A stretch of DNA of 63,037 nucleotides, counting the filler, from Octopus bimaculoides (Eukaryota), in the NCBI RefSeq assembly GCF_001194135.2. It is 7 parts of 5 records of this genome, joined end to end, with 100 filler letters (N's around TTAATTAATTAA, not from the genome) between each part and the next. Parts side by side here need not be neighbours in the genome. Positions count along the whole stretch, not along the records: positions 1 to 8,290 come from NC_068985.1; positions 8,391 to 23,310 come from NC_068985.1; 5 more parts are not named here. One strand, given 5' to 3'. A program made the position numbers and the translations under genes. Below are positions 1 to 11,682 of this stretch, piece by piece (position 1 is the first letter of the stretch; the number at the start of each line of letters is the position of its first letter). A model generated the notes under the pieces. It saw nothing but the letters and a program-made list of their open reading frames with translations, was not told the origin of the DNA and did no database searches.

Positions 1-114
1 ATTAATAGAGAGAGAGATCGATTTTTTGTTTCTGATGTATAAAAAAGCATATTAGTAGATATATACTCGATGCAAGAAAATGGAATGCATGTACGCATTA
101 GGTACATACGGATG

Positions 115-198
115 TACATATATGTGTGTATGTGTGTGTGTGTGTGCGTGTGTGTGTGTGTGCGTGCGTATTTATATATCAATATATGTATATATAAG

Positions 199-253
<55 letters not shown>

Positions 254-260
254 ATGTATT
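115..260. repeat. Compound (TG)n/(TA)n microsatellite (representative of dozens in the window)
   Basis: Others: (CA)n 2780-2825, 40950-41010; (ATT)n 8391-8472; (AAT)n 38180-38255, 38460-38700, 42940-43085; (TAG)/(TTG)n 29941-30012; (ATATT)n 31327-31377; (GATA)n 32470-32523; (TA)n 41415-41465; (TATG)n 54765-54815; (GA)n 57098-57169. Confidence 0.95.
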
Positions 261-1065
261 TACTTTCGTGTTTGTCCGTGTGTGAATTTACAAGCATATA
301 TATTATCGTTAAAACTTGATAGATATCTTTATCAACCTATCTCTTTATCTCCCTGCAGAAACTTGGGAGACAGATCAAAGCTAATATAAAGGAATAATAT
401 CCAAGTTTTTACAGCCATATTTAGAGATTTGATATTCGCACCATTTTTTCCCCTTTCTACATTTAATCTCTATGGTAGCACTTTTAATATCAGTTACACT
501 TCTAATACAAATTTCCATATATAATCACAATTGGAGAAAATCGATTCATTGAAAGAAGTTTCCTGCCAAAAATTTTATCTTAGTTAACGATTTCAGATCC
601 GCAGAGATACTGCTTTGAACTTGAATTATGAGTGAGTGTTTATTACTATAACACAGCGTAAATGAAAATGTAAGTGTATTATTTTGACATTTACTCAGCA
701 ATGATAAAACGTAAAAAATATATTGCGCAAAACCACTATTTACAGAAAATCTTGTACACAAAGCCTGACATAGTCAACCAAGAAAATCTATTCAATTCTA
801 TAAATAATCTTCTTATCCGTTTCAGGAAAAAAAAAAAAGCATGATTCTATAGATCCTAGACATTTGTGAGGTTTACATAGTTTTCGATATCGGAGAGAAC
901 GTGAAAACCGTGTGGTGATTTTGGTAAGATAGAATACTGCGTTTCACTCGTTCAAAAGTTCAATGAATGCTGGAAGTTCAGCGGTATTTACGATGACTAA
1001 TTTCACTGAGTATAACACAAAAAGGACAGTGCTGTACGAAAATATAGATATTCGCTTAACCCTTT

Positions 1066-1228
1066 CTTTACATCGACACCAATTCTCAACGTGTCCTTAT
1101 TTTGTCGACGCCGAAAGGATGAAATATAAAGTTGACCTCGGCGGAATTTGAACTCAGAACGTAAAAACAGACAAAGTGCCCGCTAAGCACTTTACTCGGC
1201 GAGCTAACGATTCTGTCAGCTTGCTACC
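1066..1228 (-). mobile_element. tRNA-derived SINE, family A
   Basis: Reverse complement matches the family-A pattern recurring ~20x in the window (GAGCTGGCAGAATCGTTAGC head, GAGTTCAAATTCC B-box, GTCGACTTTGCCTTTCATCCTTTCGGGGTCGATAA core). Confidence 0.85.
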
Positions 1229-1261
1229 TTTTTTCTTATTAATATTAAATGGTTTCAAGAG

Positions 1262-1397
1262 TAGAGAGCAAGCAGAACATTTAGCAATGCCGAGTACTGT
1301 GCTTAGCAGCATGTTGTCCGTATTCCGAGTTCAAATATCACCGCAGTCGACTTTACCTTTCATTTTTCCGATTCGATAAGATAAGTACCGGTTGAAG
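1262..1397 (+). mobile_element. Degenerate SINE family A copy
   Basis: GCTTAGCAGCAT...GAGTTCAAAT...GTCGACTTTACCTTTCAT...GATAAGATAAGTACCGGTTG; head-to-head with the copy at 1066-1228. Confidence 0.7.
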
Positions 1398-2788
1398 AGA
1401 TTTCCCCGAAGTCGTTGGCCTAGTGTTATAATTACAAATCTATAATAACCCATTAACTGCCATTTTTTTTTCATTCATAGTGTTTGGCTTTGCCAGGTGA
1501 CTTAAGAGCTAAAATAATATATAGTATTTAATTTTTCTACATATGGGAATTGCTTTGGAAATTATGATAAATATTTCGAAAAGTGCCGAATGGGGATCAC
1601 GCTATAAAAGAGCATATTTATCCTTTTCTATTCAATTGTAATAATAAACATTTTATTTTTTCTGAAACTATACTATCAGATGCGAATGTATATGAAATAT
1701 CAATGAATGATATAGATCGGATATGCAAAAAACAAAAAAAACAAAAAAGTTTCCAAAATAGTCAGTATTTTTGTAGTTGAAAAATTGCGATTTATGACAT
1801 GAAATGTCCTCTAGAATTAGCCAGAACTAATAATTACAAACTTTAGCTTCTAAATATTGTTAAACACACCTCTGGAAATGCAGTGTACATAAGCAATTCA
1901 CTTTAAATACAAGGGACGACCAGTAGTGAAACTGTTTTTATCAGATCCCAAAATGGAGCTCATATCAGGCAACGGGTTAAATGGTTTCATTACAGATTTA
2001 TTGTCAAAGCAACACTTGAAAGGGTGTACATTGTATACAATTGGAAAAATCGGGTGAAATTATGTTCAAGATATTTGCAGCGTAACGTCAACTAATAGAA
2101 CTGCCAGTCATTGCAAGATCGAAGAAACAGCTCAGAGAATTGCTACATCGATTGGGAGTAGGCTTAATTTAAGAAAACGACAACTGGTATTTTTAAAGAT
2201 TTCTTTCATGGCTACATATCCAACCTACTGACATTTTAATTAAAATAATTGTTTTGATTAGCAAAACCAAGAGCAGTGTAATTGCATTCATTGGTTTATT
2301 TCCCATTCGTTTGTTTCTGTAAGATCAAACTCCTTTTAATTAGTGAGATGCTACAATGCGTAATGAATATTGATTTTTTGAGGATGTTATTATATACGTA
2401 TACCTATATACAGGCATATTTGTATACACGGATGTATCAAGGTATNNNNNNNNNNNNNNNNNNNNNNNNNNNNNNNNNNNNNNNNNNNNNNNNNNNNNNN
2501 NNNNNNNNNNNNNNNNNNNNNNNNNNNNNNNNNNNNNNNNNNNNNNNNNNNNNNNNNNNNNNNNNNNNNNNNNNNNNNNNNNNNNNNNNNNNNATATATG
2601 TATATATACAAACCATAGAAACTACTTGCTGCTTTTGCTACTTCCCAAAGCAAAGCCCTCTCTGAATAATAACCTACGTGTTCGAGAAATATCTAATATT
2701 TAACTCCGCATATTCTCCGCAAAGGGAGTAAGTTACATTCATGAATACGGCGAAAAACATGCTTACATCCGCATGCACGCACACACAC

Positions 2789-2825
<37 letters not shown>

Positions 2826-3168
2826 GGCGCTTACCCAATATCTTCATGAATTATATGAAATACAATGATCAAATACTTCTCTATATCTGTAACATAAATC
2901 ATGAATAAAAAGTGATATTTTTTGTAGACAAAAGCGAGTTTCGAACCGATGAAATTCGTAATTTATAAGTAAATCTTCATTAATTATCATCATCCCGAGG
3001 CCATAGTAAAATGCCAAGCTGCTACATAGTGGGGCTCAGCCTGGACCAATATAGCTAGGAAGCAAATTTCTCACCACAGAGAGACGCCAGCGCCTCTTTT
3101 AGATGTTTTCTTGAGAAATGTAGAGGGTGTTTTGTTGGTCTCATTTAATCAAAGTGAATAAGAAGCTT

Positions 3169-3420
3169 GTGGAGGCGCATGGCTTAGTGGTTAGGGTGTC
3201 AGAATCATGATCGTAAGATTGTGGTTTCGATTCCTGGGCTGGGCGAAGCGTTGTGTTCGTGAGCAAAACACTTCATTTCACATTGCTCCAGTCCACTCAG
3301 CTGGCAAAAATGAGTAACGCTACGATGGACAACCAGCTGGGGAACACGTACGCCATTCAAACCAGAAAACCGGACCTATGAGCCTGGCTAGGATTTTTAA
3401 AAAAGGCGCATAAATATAAA
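3169..3420 (+). mobile_element. tRNA-derived SINE, family B (CORE-like middle) with 12-bp TSD
   Basis: A-box TGGCTTAGTGG, B-box GGTTTCGATTCC, CORE-like TTGTGTTCGTGAGCAAAACACTTCATTTCAC; perfect TSD AATAAGAAGCTT at 3157-3168 and 3421-3432. Confidence 0.9.
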
Positions 3421-3499
3421 AATAAGAAGCTTACATTTTACAGTGATGTGCGAAATAAGTGAAATGGGATCCGTAAAGGAAAGGGATATACTAATACAC

Positions 3500-3735
3500 G
3501 GCGGCGAGCTCGCAGAACCGCTGGAACGCCTGACGAAATGCTTAGCGCTATTTCGTCTGCCGTTACGTTCTGAGTTCATTTTCCGCCGAAGTCGACTTTG
3601 CCTTTCATCCTTTCGGGGTCGATAAATTAAGTACCAGTTACGCACTGGGGTCAATGTAATCGACTTAATCCCTTAGTCTGTCCTTGTTTGTTCCTTCTAT
3701 GTTTAGCCTCTTGTAGGCACTAAAGAGATAAGGAA
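3500..3735 (+). mobile_element. SINE family A, alternative 3' tail
   Basis: Full head and core; tail TTAATCCCTTAGTCTGTCCTTGTTTG...GAGATAAG differs from other A copies. Confidence 0.9.
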
Positions 3736-4468
3736 TGGTTATACTAATTAATGCAATTAATCTTGCCAGCCGTTTTAGGGCTTTCTTCTGCTGTTTTCAA
3801 CCATATCTTATTACCAATCTAAAAAATTAAATCTTTCAGACAATTCGAACCTGCTTACACCAATATATAATTTTAAACGAGATAAATCCAAAAACACCAC
3901 TGTCCGTTCGTACTATTATAGAATTTCCATTTTGTTAATCCGATACCATTCAAAACGATAGAGAAATGTAATGAGAGATAAAACTCTTATTCAAAAAAAC
4001 GATTATACATCTAATATTGCCTAAAAATTTACTTCCATTTTTCTGTCGATTTTATGTATGTATATATGATATATATTTTTTCCATAGAGACCCGAAACAA
4101 TATAGTCACCGCTTCATTATATAAAACGACGAATATTAAAATATACGGTTCATTTCTAATTTTCCAGTTTATAGTTTGATAAGTCTTATGTACAAAAGAA
4201 GATATGAGAGGAAGGCGGTGAAGAGTTTTATAGCTTTCTATCAATAAATTTCTGTTGGGGGGATTACATGGATGAATCACCTACAGTGTGTAATATTTAC
4301 AACAAGCTAAGCGAATATTAGTTATCTCACTTGTATGGTTACATTTTCCCAAAGACATATGATGTTTCAATTGTTTTTATGCTTCGTGTTGAGTGGAATG
4401 ACACAAAATATTCTTTAGCATAAAGCTTATTGGACGAATGCATCACACACACATTTTCACAAACACTT

Positions 4469-4506
<38 letters not shown>

Positions 4507-4579
4507 ACACACACATCGCCCACACACACCTAGATTCAAACATACAAATACAGCAGTTTATATGCTCGTGTACGTGTGA

Positions 4580-4622
<43 letters not shown>

Positions 4623-4948
4623 AGTGTGTGTGTGTGTATGTGTGTGTGTGTGTGTGTGTGTGTATTTATATACAAAAGGTGTTTACATTTAATTATCAAC
4701 ACTTATTTAGAAAGAAATAATAACGTGCCTAGAACCAGTATTTTTCTCACACTGCCTATCAGTATATACACACACACACATACACACACACATGTATGTA
4801 AATGTGTGTGTGTCTGTGTACTTATATACATATAATGTAAGTGGTGTTTCAAGACAATTTTTAATTTAATTTTGTCTGCTATAGGCACAAGATCTAAAAG
4901 TTCCTTCAGGAGGTGGTAGTCGATCTCATGAACCACAGTGCTCAACTT

Positions 4949-5080
4949 GTGTCTACTTTATTGATCCAGTAAGGATAAAAGGTAAACTCGACGTCAGTGC
5001 CATTTGAACTCAGTTGGTTCAACCGGGAGAAAAACTACTAAGCTTTCCGTGCAGTATGTAACAATTCTGCCAGCTCACAG
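4949..5080 (-). mobile_element. Degenerate SINE family A copy
   Basis: TTTGAACTCAG and AATTCTGCCAGCTCAC on + strand match the family-A reverse complement. Confidence 0.7.
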
Positions 5081-5164
5081 ACTGTAATTGCTAGTTTTGT
5101 AAAACATCTTCAATCTAGCAAGAGCTAAATTTGTTTTAATAAAACTTTGTGCCAAGATTTTTGG

Positions 5165-5880
5165 CGAGATTGCTTATAAGATTATTCTATGAGTCTGTCT
5201 TTAGCATGGATGACGGCTGCAATGAGAGACCAGAATCTTTGACATACCTACATTAAGTGGTATTCACTCCAGACAAGATAGTCTTTAATGAAGCTATGGT
5301 TTATTATGATGTTGACAAGTCTCTTTTTCAAAGATGCTCGAAAAATAGTAGTCCATTGATTTAAAATCTGGTAATTGTGGAGCTACAAATTCGGTGTCAT
5401 GTTATCGATAAGATTATAAGGCATCCATTGCTGGTATAATTCGGATTTGAGAAAAGCTGCTAATCTTGTTGCAAGACGTAGTCCTTTTAATCCTTTTGTC
5501 TTCCACGCCGGTTTTAACAACTCCAGCATCTCAACACACCCAACAAGATTTCTGTTAAGACCTTGTTGAAATGTGGGAGGTTCTATGACATTAACTTCAT
5601 TACACAACAAGTCCTAAAACCATCACTGTTGCTGGAGACCTAGTGTGAATTTCCCTGGAGATGTGAGAAAGATCTGCACATAATCGTAATATCTACCCTT
5701 AGATTCTGGGTCGAATATTTTTCATATCAGAAAGAACCACAGTAAGCCATTTCCTGACTGTTTTTTAAACTCATTAAGGAACTGCTTTGTACGGATCAAA
5801 TGATTATTCTAATGTCTGAAGACATGAATTGGACTCTCCTCATCATATACAACTTCTATATTATGTTTTGTCTCTTTCTG
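5165..5880 (-). mobile_element. Decayed Tc1/mariner-superfamily transposase (DDxD type, maT/DD37D-like)
   Basis: Frameshifted minus-strand translation gives WFFSDEKNFD-like, HTRSPATVMVLGLV, EMLELLKPAW and PDFKSMDYYFSSIFEKET (degenerate SPDLNPMDY) motifs; multiple stops. Confidence 0.85.
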
Positions 5881-7335
5881 TGTGAATGTGTAAATATAAA
5901 AAAAGTTAATGTGCAAAACTATTTCAATGTTGTATTTAAGAAACGTATCCTCTCAATTTTGTGTTAGATTTCTGACTGAATTTCTATCAACTTTTCACTA
6001 ACCATCATCGTAGAGCGCAGGCAAGTCCTAGGCATTCCTGTGTATAACAATTACAGTAAACTGGGGATCCCTTTGCTAGTAACAGACACAAAATAATCCG
6101 AACGCACAGTGATTATGTAAATATTTAAACAATTCATAAATTGCTATCAGTCGTAAAATTCATTAATCTAATTGTTATAATACATACTCATTCAACATAG
6201 TGTAACCAATATAATATATATATATAAAGCTATAAAGTTGCATATATTTACGAGGTTCAATGACCCCGCTGTAATATGAAATGTGACGCGCAAATTGAAT
6301 CGGGTCACATATGTCACCCTTTTGACTTGAAACAGAAACTTCCAAACAAGTGCTCAGTTCTTTTCCAGCATCTTTACTTTTGGTGACATATCATTTGGAA
6401 AAATTCCAGTCCTTGCGTGATAATATTCAAAAACCATCAACTTGTAACTTGGGAAATTGATTCCACGATATTCTTGTTATTATTATTATCAAACGAATAC
6501 ATATATTTTTGATAGGATTATTATATTTCCATGGAAGTTAGTAGCATTCCTATGGCAATTATTTGTATCCCTTAGAGTTTTCTGACTAATTAATCTGATC
6601 TCAGGCTTAACTGATATTATTAATTTACATTTGTGTGTCACGAAAATGTTTCACAGGGGACATCTCAAGTCTACATATTTATCAATTCATAGCATTCTCT
6701 TCTCGATTAATATAACGCTACATAAAATACTTCTAACAATATTAACATAAAACAACTCCTCACAAAAGTCTTATTTTAAGTTAGTGGAGATTTTCGTGTA
6801 GAAATTTGTTGTCTTCCTCGGGCAGACTTACTTTAAGAATATTAATAGTGTTTTGGCTTACTTAAATTTCTTAATATCATAACTGCGATTATTTTTGAAT
6901 GCTTGGAAATTCTGAATACCGAGTTTAAGTGTTTCAGGATACTAACTACTCAGTGACCTCCTCCCCTTTCTTATATTCTACTAATAGACTAGCGAGTCAG
7001 TCACGGTGTCGTTTTAGGAGCATTCTTCCGTCTCAAATGCGTTCATTTTCGATATCTTTATATAACGTACATTCCAAAAATGAAGGATAGTCTACACTAG
7101 AGTTTCGAAATCCTGTACAGTCACGTGTAATCCGTGTATTCTCATCCAAAATGGAAACGAATACCCAACGGTTGAACATTGTTTGCTTTGTTAACCCAAA
7201 AGTAGAGAAAACGTATCCCTCAATGCTGTGTTGAACACTAATTCTCCCTGTTCGAATAGAGCGTATACATACATGTCCGCGTATGCCTATGTACGTGCGT
7301 GTGCGTATATGTGTGCGTGCGTATGTTTGTATATA

Positions 7336-7577
7336 CAGGTTGGCCAAAAGTCATCCGACAGTAAATTAAAATTCCATAAATACTTAATATTCAATTTTAT
7401 TTAATCATTCTAATTATGAATGTTTAATAATTGAACGCTGTGAGTTAAAATCACCGTTTGTTCTTCAACATTTGTCTGTTTATTGACGAGTCTCATATAA
7501 AATATTTTTTTTTGTTTTAATCTTGGAATTAAATGGGAGCGTTTAATCAACTGTCAGGTGACTTTTGGCCAGCCTTG
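7336..7577. mobile_element. Tc1/mariner-type MITE (~242 bp)
   Basis: Imperfect ~27-bp TIRs CAGGTTGGCCAAAAGTCATCCGACAGT / rc CAAGGCTGGCCAAAAGTCACCTGACAGT; TA at 7334-35 and 7578-79; AT-rich non-coding interior. Confidence 0.85.
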
Positions 7578-7579
7578 TA

Positions 7580-7870
7580 TTCTTTTATTCTTTTAAATGT
7601 TTCAGTCATTTGCATGTGGCCATCCTGAAGCACCACCTGCAGGAGGAATTTCAACCATGTTTCGTGGTCTGCTACCACAACAGCTCCTTTATAGGATCCA
7701 GTTAGCTCAAGACATCATCAGGAGGAACCACGTCCGGTTTCGGCCCCTACTCCTCTACCGTTTTGACGTGGCGGGGCCCCTCCTTTCGGAGGTGTCTTCA
7801 GCTCTGGTGTTGGGTGCATGTCTTCTTTCTTCTATTCCCTGGCCTATTCGATGCAGCATCAACGAGTGTC
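7580..7870 (-). mobile_element. 3' end of a LINE (probably RTE clade) sharing its tail with SINE family C
   Basis: Minus strand VTLVDAASNRPGNRRKK resembles the RTE C-terminal AAxDRxxWR motif; followed by a GC-rich UTR ending GGTGGTGCTTCAGGATGGCCACATGCAAATGACTGAAACA-(AAAAGAAT)n. Confidence 0.55.
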
Positions 7871-8039
7871 ACCTGCATATATTACTTAGATTATACTTAT
7901 TTCCAGTTTAAAAGACAGACCTATACAGTTCTGGTCAAACGTAAATACACCACACGCTCGGCAGTGCTATATTTATTTCCGGGATCTCTGAACTACCTTA
8001 AATATCATCCCAGATTTCATATTTATGTTTCTTTCATCA

Positions 8040-8215
8040 TTCGTACTCGTTTTAGTCGTTAGATTGCGTCCTTGCTGGGACACGACCTTGAATCTAGCGA
8101 TTCGACCGAAGTTTTTGTTCCATTTTTAAGCCTGTCACTTATTCTATCGTTTCCTCCGCTGAACTGCTGGGCTGTCAATCGGTGGTAGGGAACCAACACA
8201 GACACAAGCACACTC
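8040..8215 (-). mobile_element. SINE family C, 3' half
   Basis: ACTTATTCTATCG...GCTGAACTGCT...AACACAGACAC matches other C copies; runs into (CA/TA)n and a gap. Confidence 0.7.
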
Positions 8216-8251
8216 ACACACTCGTACGCAAACATATATACATATATACAT

Positions 8252-8290
<39 letters not shown>

Positions 8291-8390
8291 NNNNNNNNNN
8301 NNNNNNNNNNNNNNNNNNNNNNNNNNNNNNNNNNTTAATTAATTAANNNNNNNNNNNNNNNNNNNNNNNNNNNNNNNNNNNNNNNNNNNN
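8291..8390. other. Artificial scaffold spacer N44-TTAATTAATTAA-N44
   Basis: Same 100-bp construct with the 12-mer at 8335, 23355, 37070, 43622, 58449 and 60367; stops in all six frames. Confidence 0.95.
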
Positions 8391-8409
8391 ATTATTATTA
8401 TTATTATTA

Positions 8410-8462
<53 letters not shown>

Positions 8463-8947
8463 ATTATTATTAGCTCGCCCTGTACAGTAAAAAATGACGG
8501 CTAATTGTAGTAATACATATATAAATATGAATGGGAAATCAAATTAAAACACTTGTCAATGTTACCTAGTGGTTTTATCTTTTGAGATGTGACATCGATC
8601 ATCGTTTGTTACTGAAAGAACGCTCGTTCACACATACAAACATTCACATAGTTCCCTTGTACACAAACACACATACACTCATATACCCACACAGAGTTGA
8701 AACGTTGTTTGATTTTTTTTTCTTTTCAGCGTTGAATTTTCACCATCCCACATCCATTGTACACACACACATATGCACACACAAACGTTCACATGCCACA
8801 CTTTTACATAACCACACACACACACACATATACTCAAACAGAGATGAAACGCTCTCATTACAAGTTTGCCATCACCCCTTCCTTCCTTATTCATCTATTA
8901 CCCATTCTTTCCTCATTCATATATTTGACGGAGAAAAACACAAGAGC

Positions 8948-8991
<44 letters not shown>

Positions 8992-9014
8992 CACTATTAT
9001 TATTATTATTATTA

Positions 9015-9570
9015 TAGTGGCGTTTACACAGCTTCTAACGCTAGAGATGTACTTCCATGTCAGCTGTTCACTACCTGTTCACGTACTTCTCGAGAATTTA
9101 TCTCACTGTTCCCAGGGCTCAGACAATTATTGACACTACTGCTACCTTTTTCATCGACCACAACTGCTTACATTTCCAAGCTAACCTCTCGTATCTCTTG
9201 ACTTTGCTTTCTTCCTTATCGCATACCTTGTTGTTATATGGGCATGCTATATCTATGATCCAGCATAGTTTCATTTTTTTCTGAATTAAGACGACGACCG
9301 GCTTCCTCTTCTCTATCTCATGGTGGCACTGAATCATAAAATCCCATAGGATCTTTGCATTTCTACTTTCGACGATGCTTTCAGGTTTGCGGTCGTACCA
9401 AATTTTGCTCTGTCAAGTCCACACCTGTTGCAAGGTGTCAATAGACAAGCCTATCTATACTGTTGTGGTGTTTCTTATATTCCTTCTAGGCTAATGGCGT
9501 ACATTGGCTGGTAATATGCCATGCGGTTTCTCCGTTTTGTACATAGATTCTGCACTTACCAGTTTCTGCT
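9015..9570 (-). mobile_element. R4/Dong-clade LINE 3' fragment (restriction-like endonuclease)
   Basis: Minus strand KILWDFMIQCHHEIEKRKPVVV..LCWIIDIACPYNNKVCDKEESKVKRYERLAW...VVSIIV*ALGTV; 3' end runs into (TAA)n at 8948-9013. Confidence 0.9.
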
Positions 9571-9612
9571 GAGTTTTATTATCATTATTGTTGTTGTTGT
9601 TCTTGTTACTAT

Positions 9613-9990
9613 TAAGGCGGCGTGCTAGAAGAATCGTTCCCACTCCGGATATAATGCGTAGCAACATTTTGTCTATATTTATGTTCTTAGTTCAAATTTT
9701 ACCGAAATGCTCTCAATTTTTAATCCTTTGAGGATGGTAAAACAAGTACCAGCTGATTACTGTGATCGGTGTACTCGACTTACCCTTATCATGCGTAATT
9801 GTCAGCCTTCTGCCCATGATCATTATAAGATGGTAAATGCAGCACCGGGCAAAATACTTAGTGGCATTTTGTCCGTCTTAACTTTTTGTAGGAAAATGCT
9901 GCCGACGTCGACTTTATCATTCATCCTTCAACGATCAAGAGATAATGAAATCGACTATCCACTCCTCTAGATTTCAGGCCTTTTCTCTAT
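9613..9990 (+). mobile_element. Two tandem degenerate SINE family A copies
   Basis: Heads at ~9613 (TAAGGCGGCGTGCTAGAAGAATCG) and ~9827; two cores (AATCCTTTGAGG..AAGTACCAG; GTCGACTTTATCATTCATCC). Confidence 0.7.
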
Positions 9991-10173
9991 ACGACTGAAT
10001 GTATTATTCAAGTTTTCTCCCCATAGGTCTGAAAAGATCATTCAGGTGTTCTCCCTATACGCCTGAAAGGATTATTCAAACCTCCCAATAGGTCTGAAAG
10101 GCTCATTCAGGCATTCTCCATATAAGTCTGAAAGAATCATTCAGGCCTTCTTCCTATAGACCTAAAAGTATTA
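9973..10173 (+). repeat. 34-bp minisatellite, 6 units
   Basis: Units start at 9973, 10007, 10041, 10075, 10106, 10140, each TTCA...CT(G/A)AA..(T/C)A; lengths 34,34,34,31,34,34. Confidence 0.85.
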
Positions 10174-11493
10174 TTGTATAAAGAAATATTATAAGGGAAA
10201 GAGATTGTAAAATCGCTAGCATTTAGATAAAATCATTAACGGCATTTCTTTCGGTGTTTTACTCTAATTCTGCAGAGGTTCAGTTTGCTTTCCATCTTCT
10301 CGAGGTGAAAAACTTAAATTCTAGTAGCGCCTCTAATACATTTAACCCCTTTCCTGAAAATTGCTGGACTTGTGCAGTAATTAGAAATAATGTAATTATG
10401 TTTTACTATTAATTTTGTATATATTTCAATCATGAAATTTTCGAATCAAACACCAGGTTATTAGATTTTCGTCACGGAATTTCATATGACAATATTCTGT
10501 TTTTGTGTTGTTTGTTTTCGTTTTTCGTTTTACTAAAGTTTGTTGAAGAGACTTGAGTTGTAATTGAGAAAGAAAATGTTTCCACATCGGTAACACAACA
10601 CAATTCAACACTAAGAACACATAAAAAATAAAACTCTCAATTATTTCGTTTAGCAAATATTGAATATTTTTACAGATTTCCAATTATAATAACATAATGG
10701 ATCTTCATCAAACATCTCAAGGATAAGTGAAAAATGCAAATAATTGAATCACTTTCCTGTGATGTCTGTATTGTCATAACACAGTACGGTGCTTTTAAAA
10801 CGATAGCACACAAAAACAAAACCGAATAATTATTTGATCTGCAACATCATAAAACAATGACTGTTAATACAATATTGAGAGCCATTGAAGACTACAGTAG
10901 AAAGACTTTGTTCATCTTGTGCAAAGTCAATTTTATCACATCAAAAATATTCTATAGAATATAATGACTCTTTACAGTTTTCGCAGTAAAACATATTACA
11001 GAACAGACAGGAAGAATAGACGTGGTTTAAATCGAATAACTGAGAAGGAAGAAATATTCACCGAAGATACTACTTTTGAAAGTTTACTGATGTGAAGTTT
11101 TTTCAAAAATAATTGTATCTGAGTTTTTGAAATGGTTTTTAAATGCAAATTATCTGCGCAGAAACATGCTCACTGCAAGCAACAATTTGATAACACAAAT
11201 ACCAGGAACTAATTATAAATATTCCTCCTATATTTATCACAAAAGCAGCAAATTTGAACGTAGGTGGAAGTCGATAATGCGGATATCAGTGCTCAACTAA
11301 TAATTATTTCATCGCTCCACGTATCAGTTAAAGGCAAATTGATTCAGAGACATTTGAACGTAACCGGAAGATTTACCAGTAAATATTTTCCCCGGTGAGG
11401 TAATGGTTCTACCAGCATATAGATATGTGTTGACAGTGCATGATATAAATAGCGTATATACTCGTACGGTTATGATAATATTATATGTATTTG

Positions 11494-11682
11494 AAGGCAG
11501 CGAGGTGGCAGAAAGTTTAGCGCAGCGGGCGAAATGCTTAGCAGTATTTGGTCTGTAATTGCGTTCAGAGTTCAAATTCACCGAGGTCAACTTTACCTTT
11601 CATCCTTTCGGGCTTGATGAATTAAGTACCAGTTCACCCTCCCCAAAAAATTCCGTGCCTTCTGACTAAAGTAGAAAAAACT
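11494..11682 (+). mobile_element. SINE family A
   Basis: GGCAGCGAGGTGGCAGAAAG...GAGTTCAAATTCACCGAGGTCAACTTTACCTTTCATCCTTTCGGG...AAGTACCAGTT. Confidence 0.85.

Noticed and set aside
7700-7750. Minus-strand GAAACC..GGTT..CTGATGA as a permuted hammerhead
   Set aside because: Only 4 nt available for stem I, and stem II does not pair.
8335-8346. Recurrent TTAATTAATTAA motif (six times)
   Set aside because: Always centred in N44 flanks forming exactly 100 bp; an artificial scaffolding spacer, not biology.
9973-10173. CRISPR-like array of ~34-bp palindromic units
   Set aside because: No unique spacers, units are contiguous and derive from a SINE tail, and there are no cas genes in this eukaryotic context.
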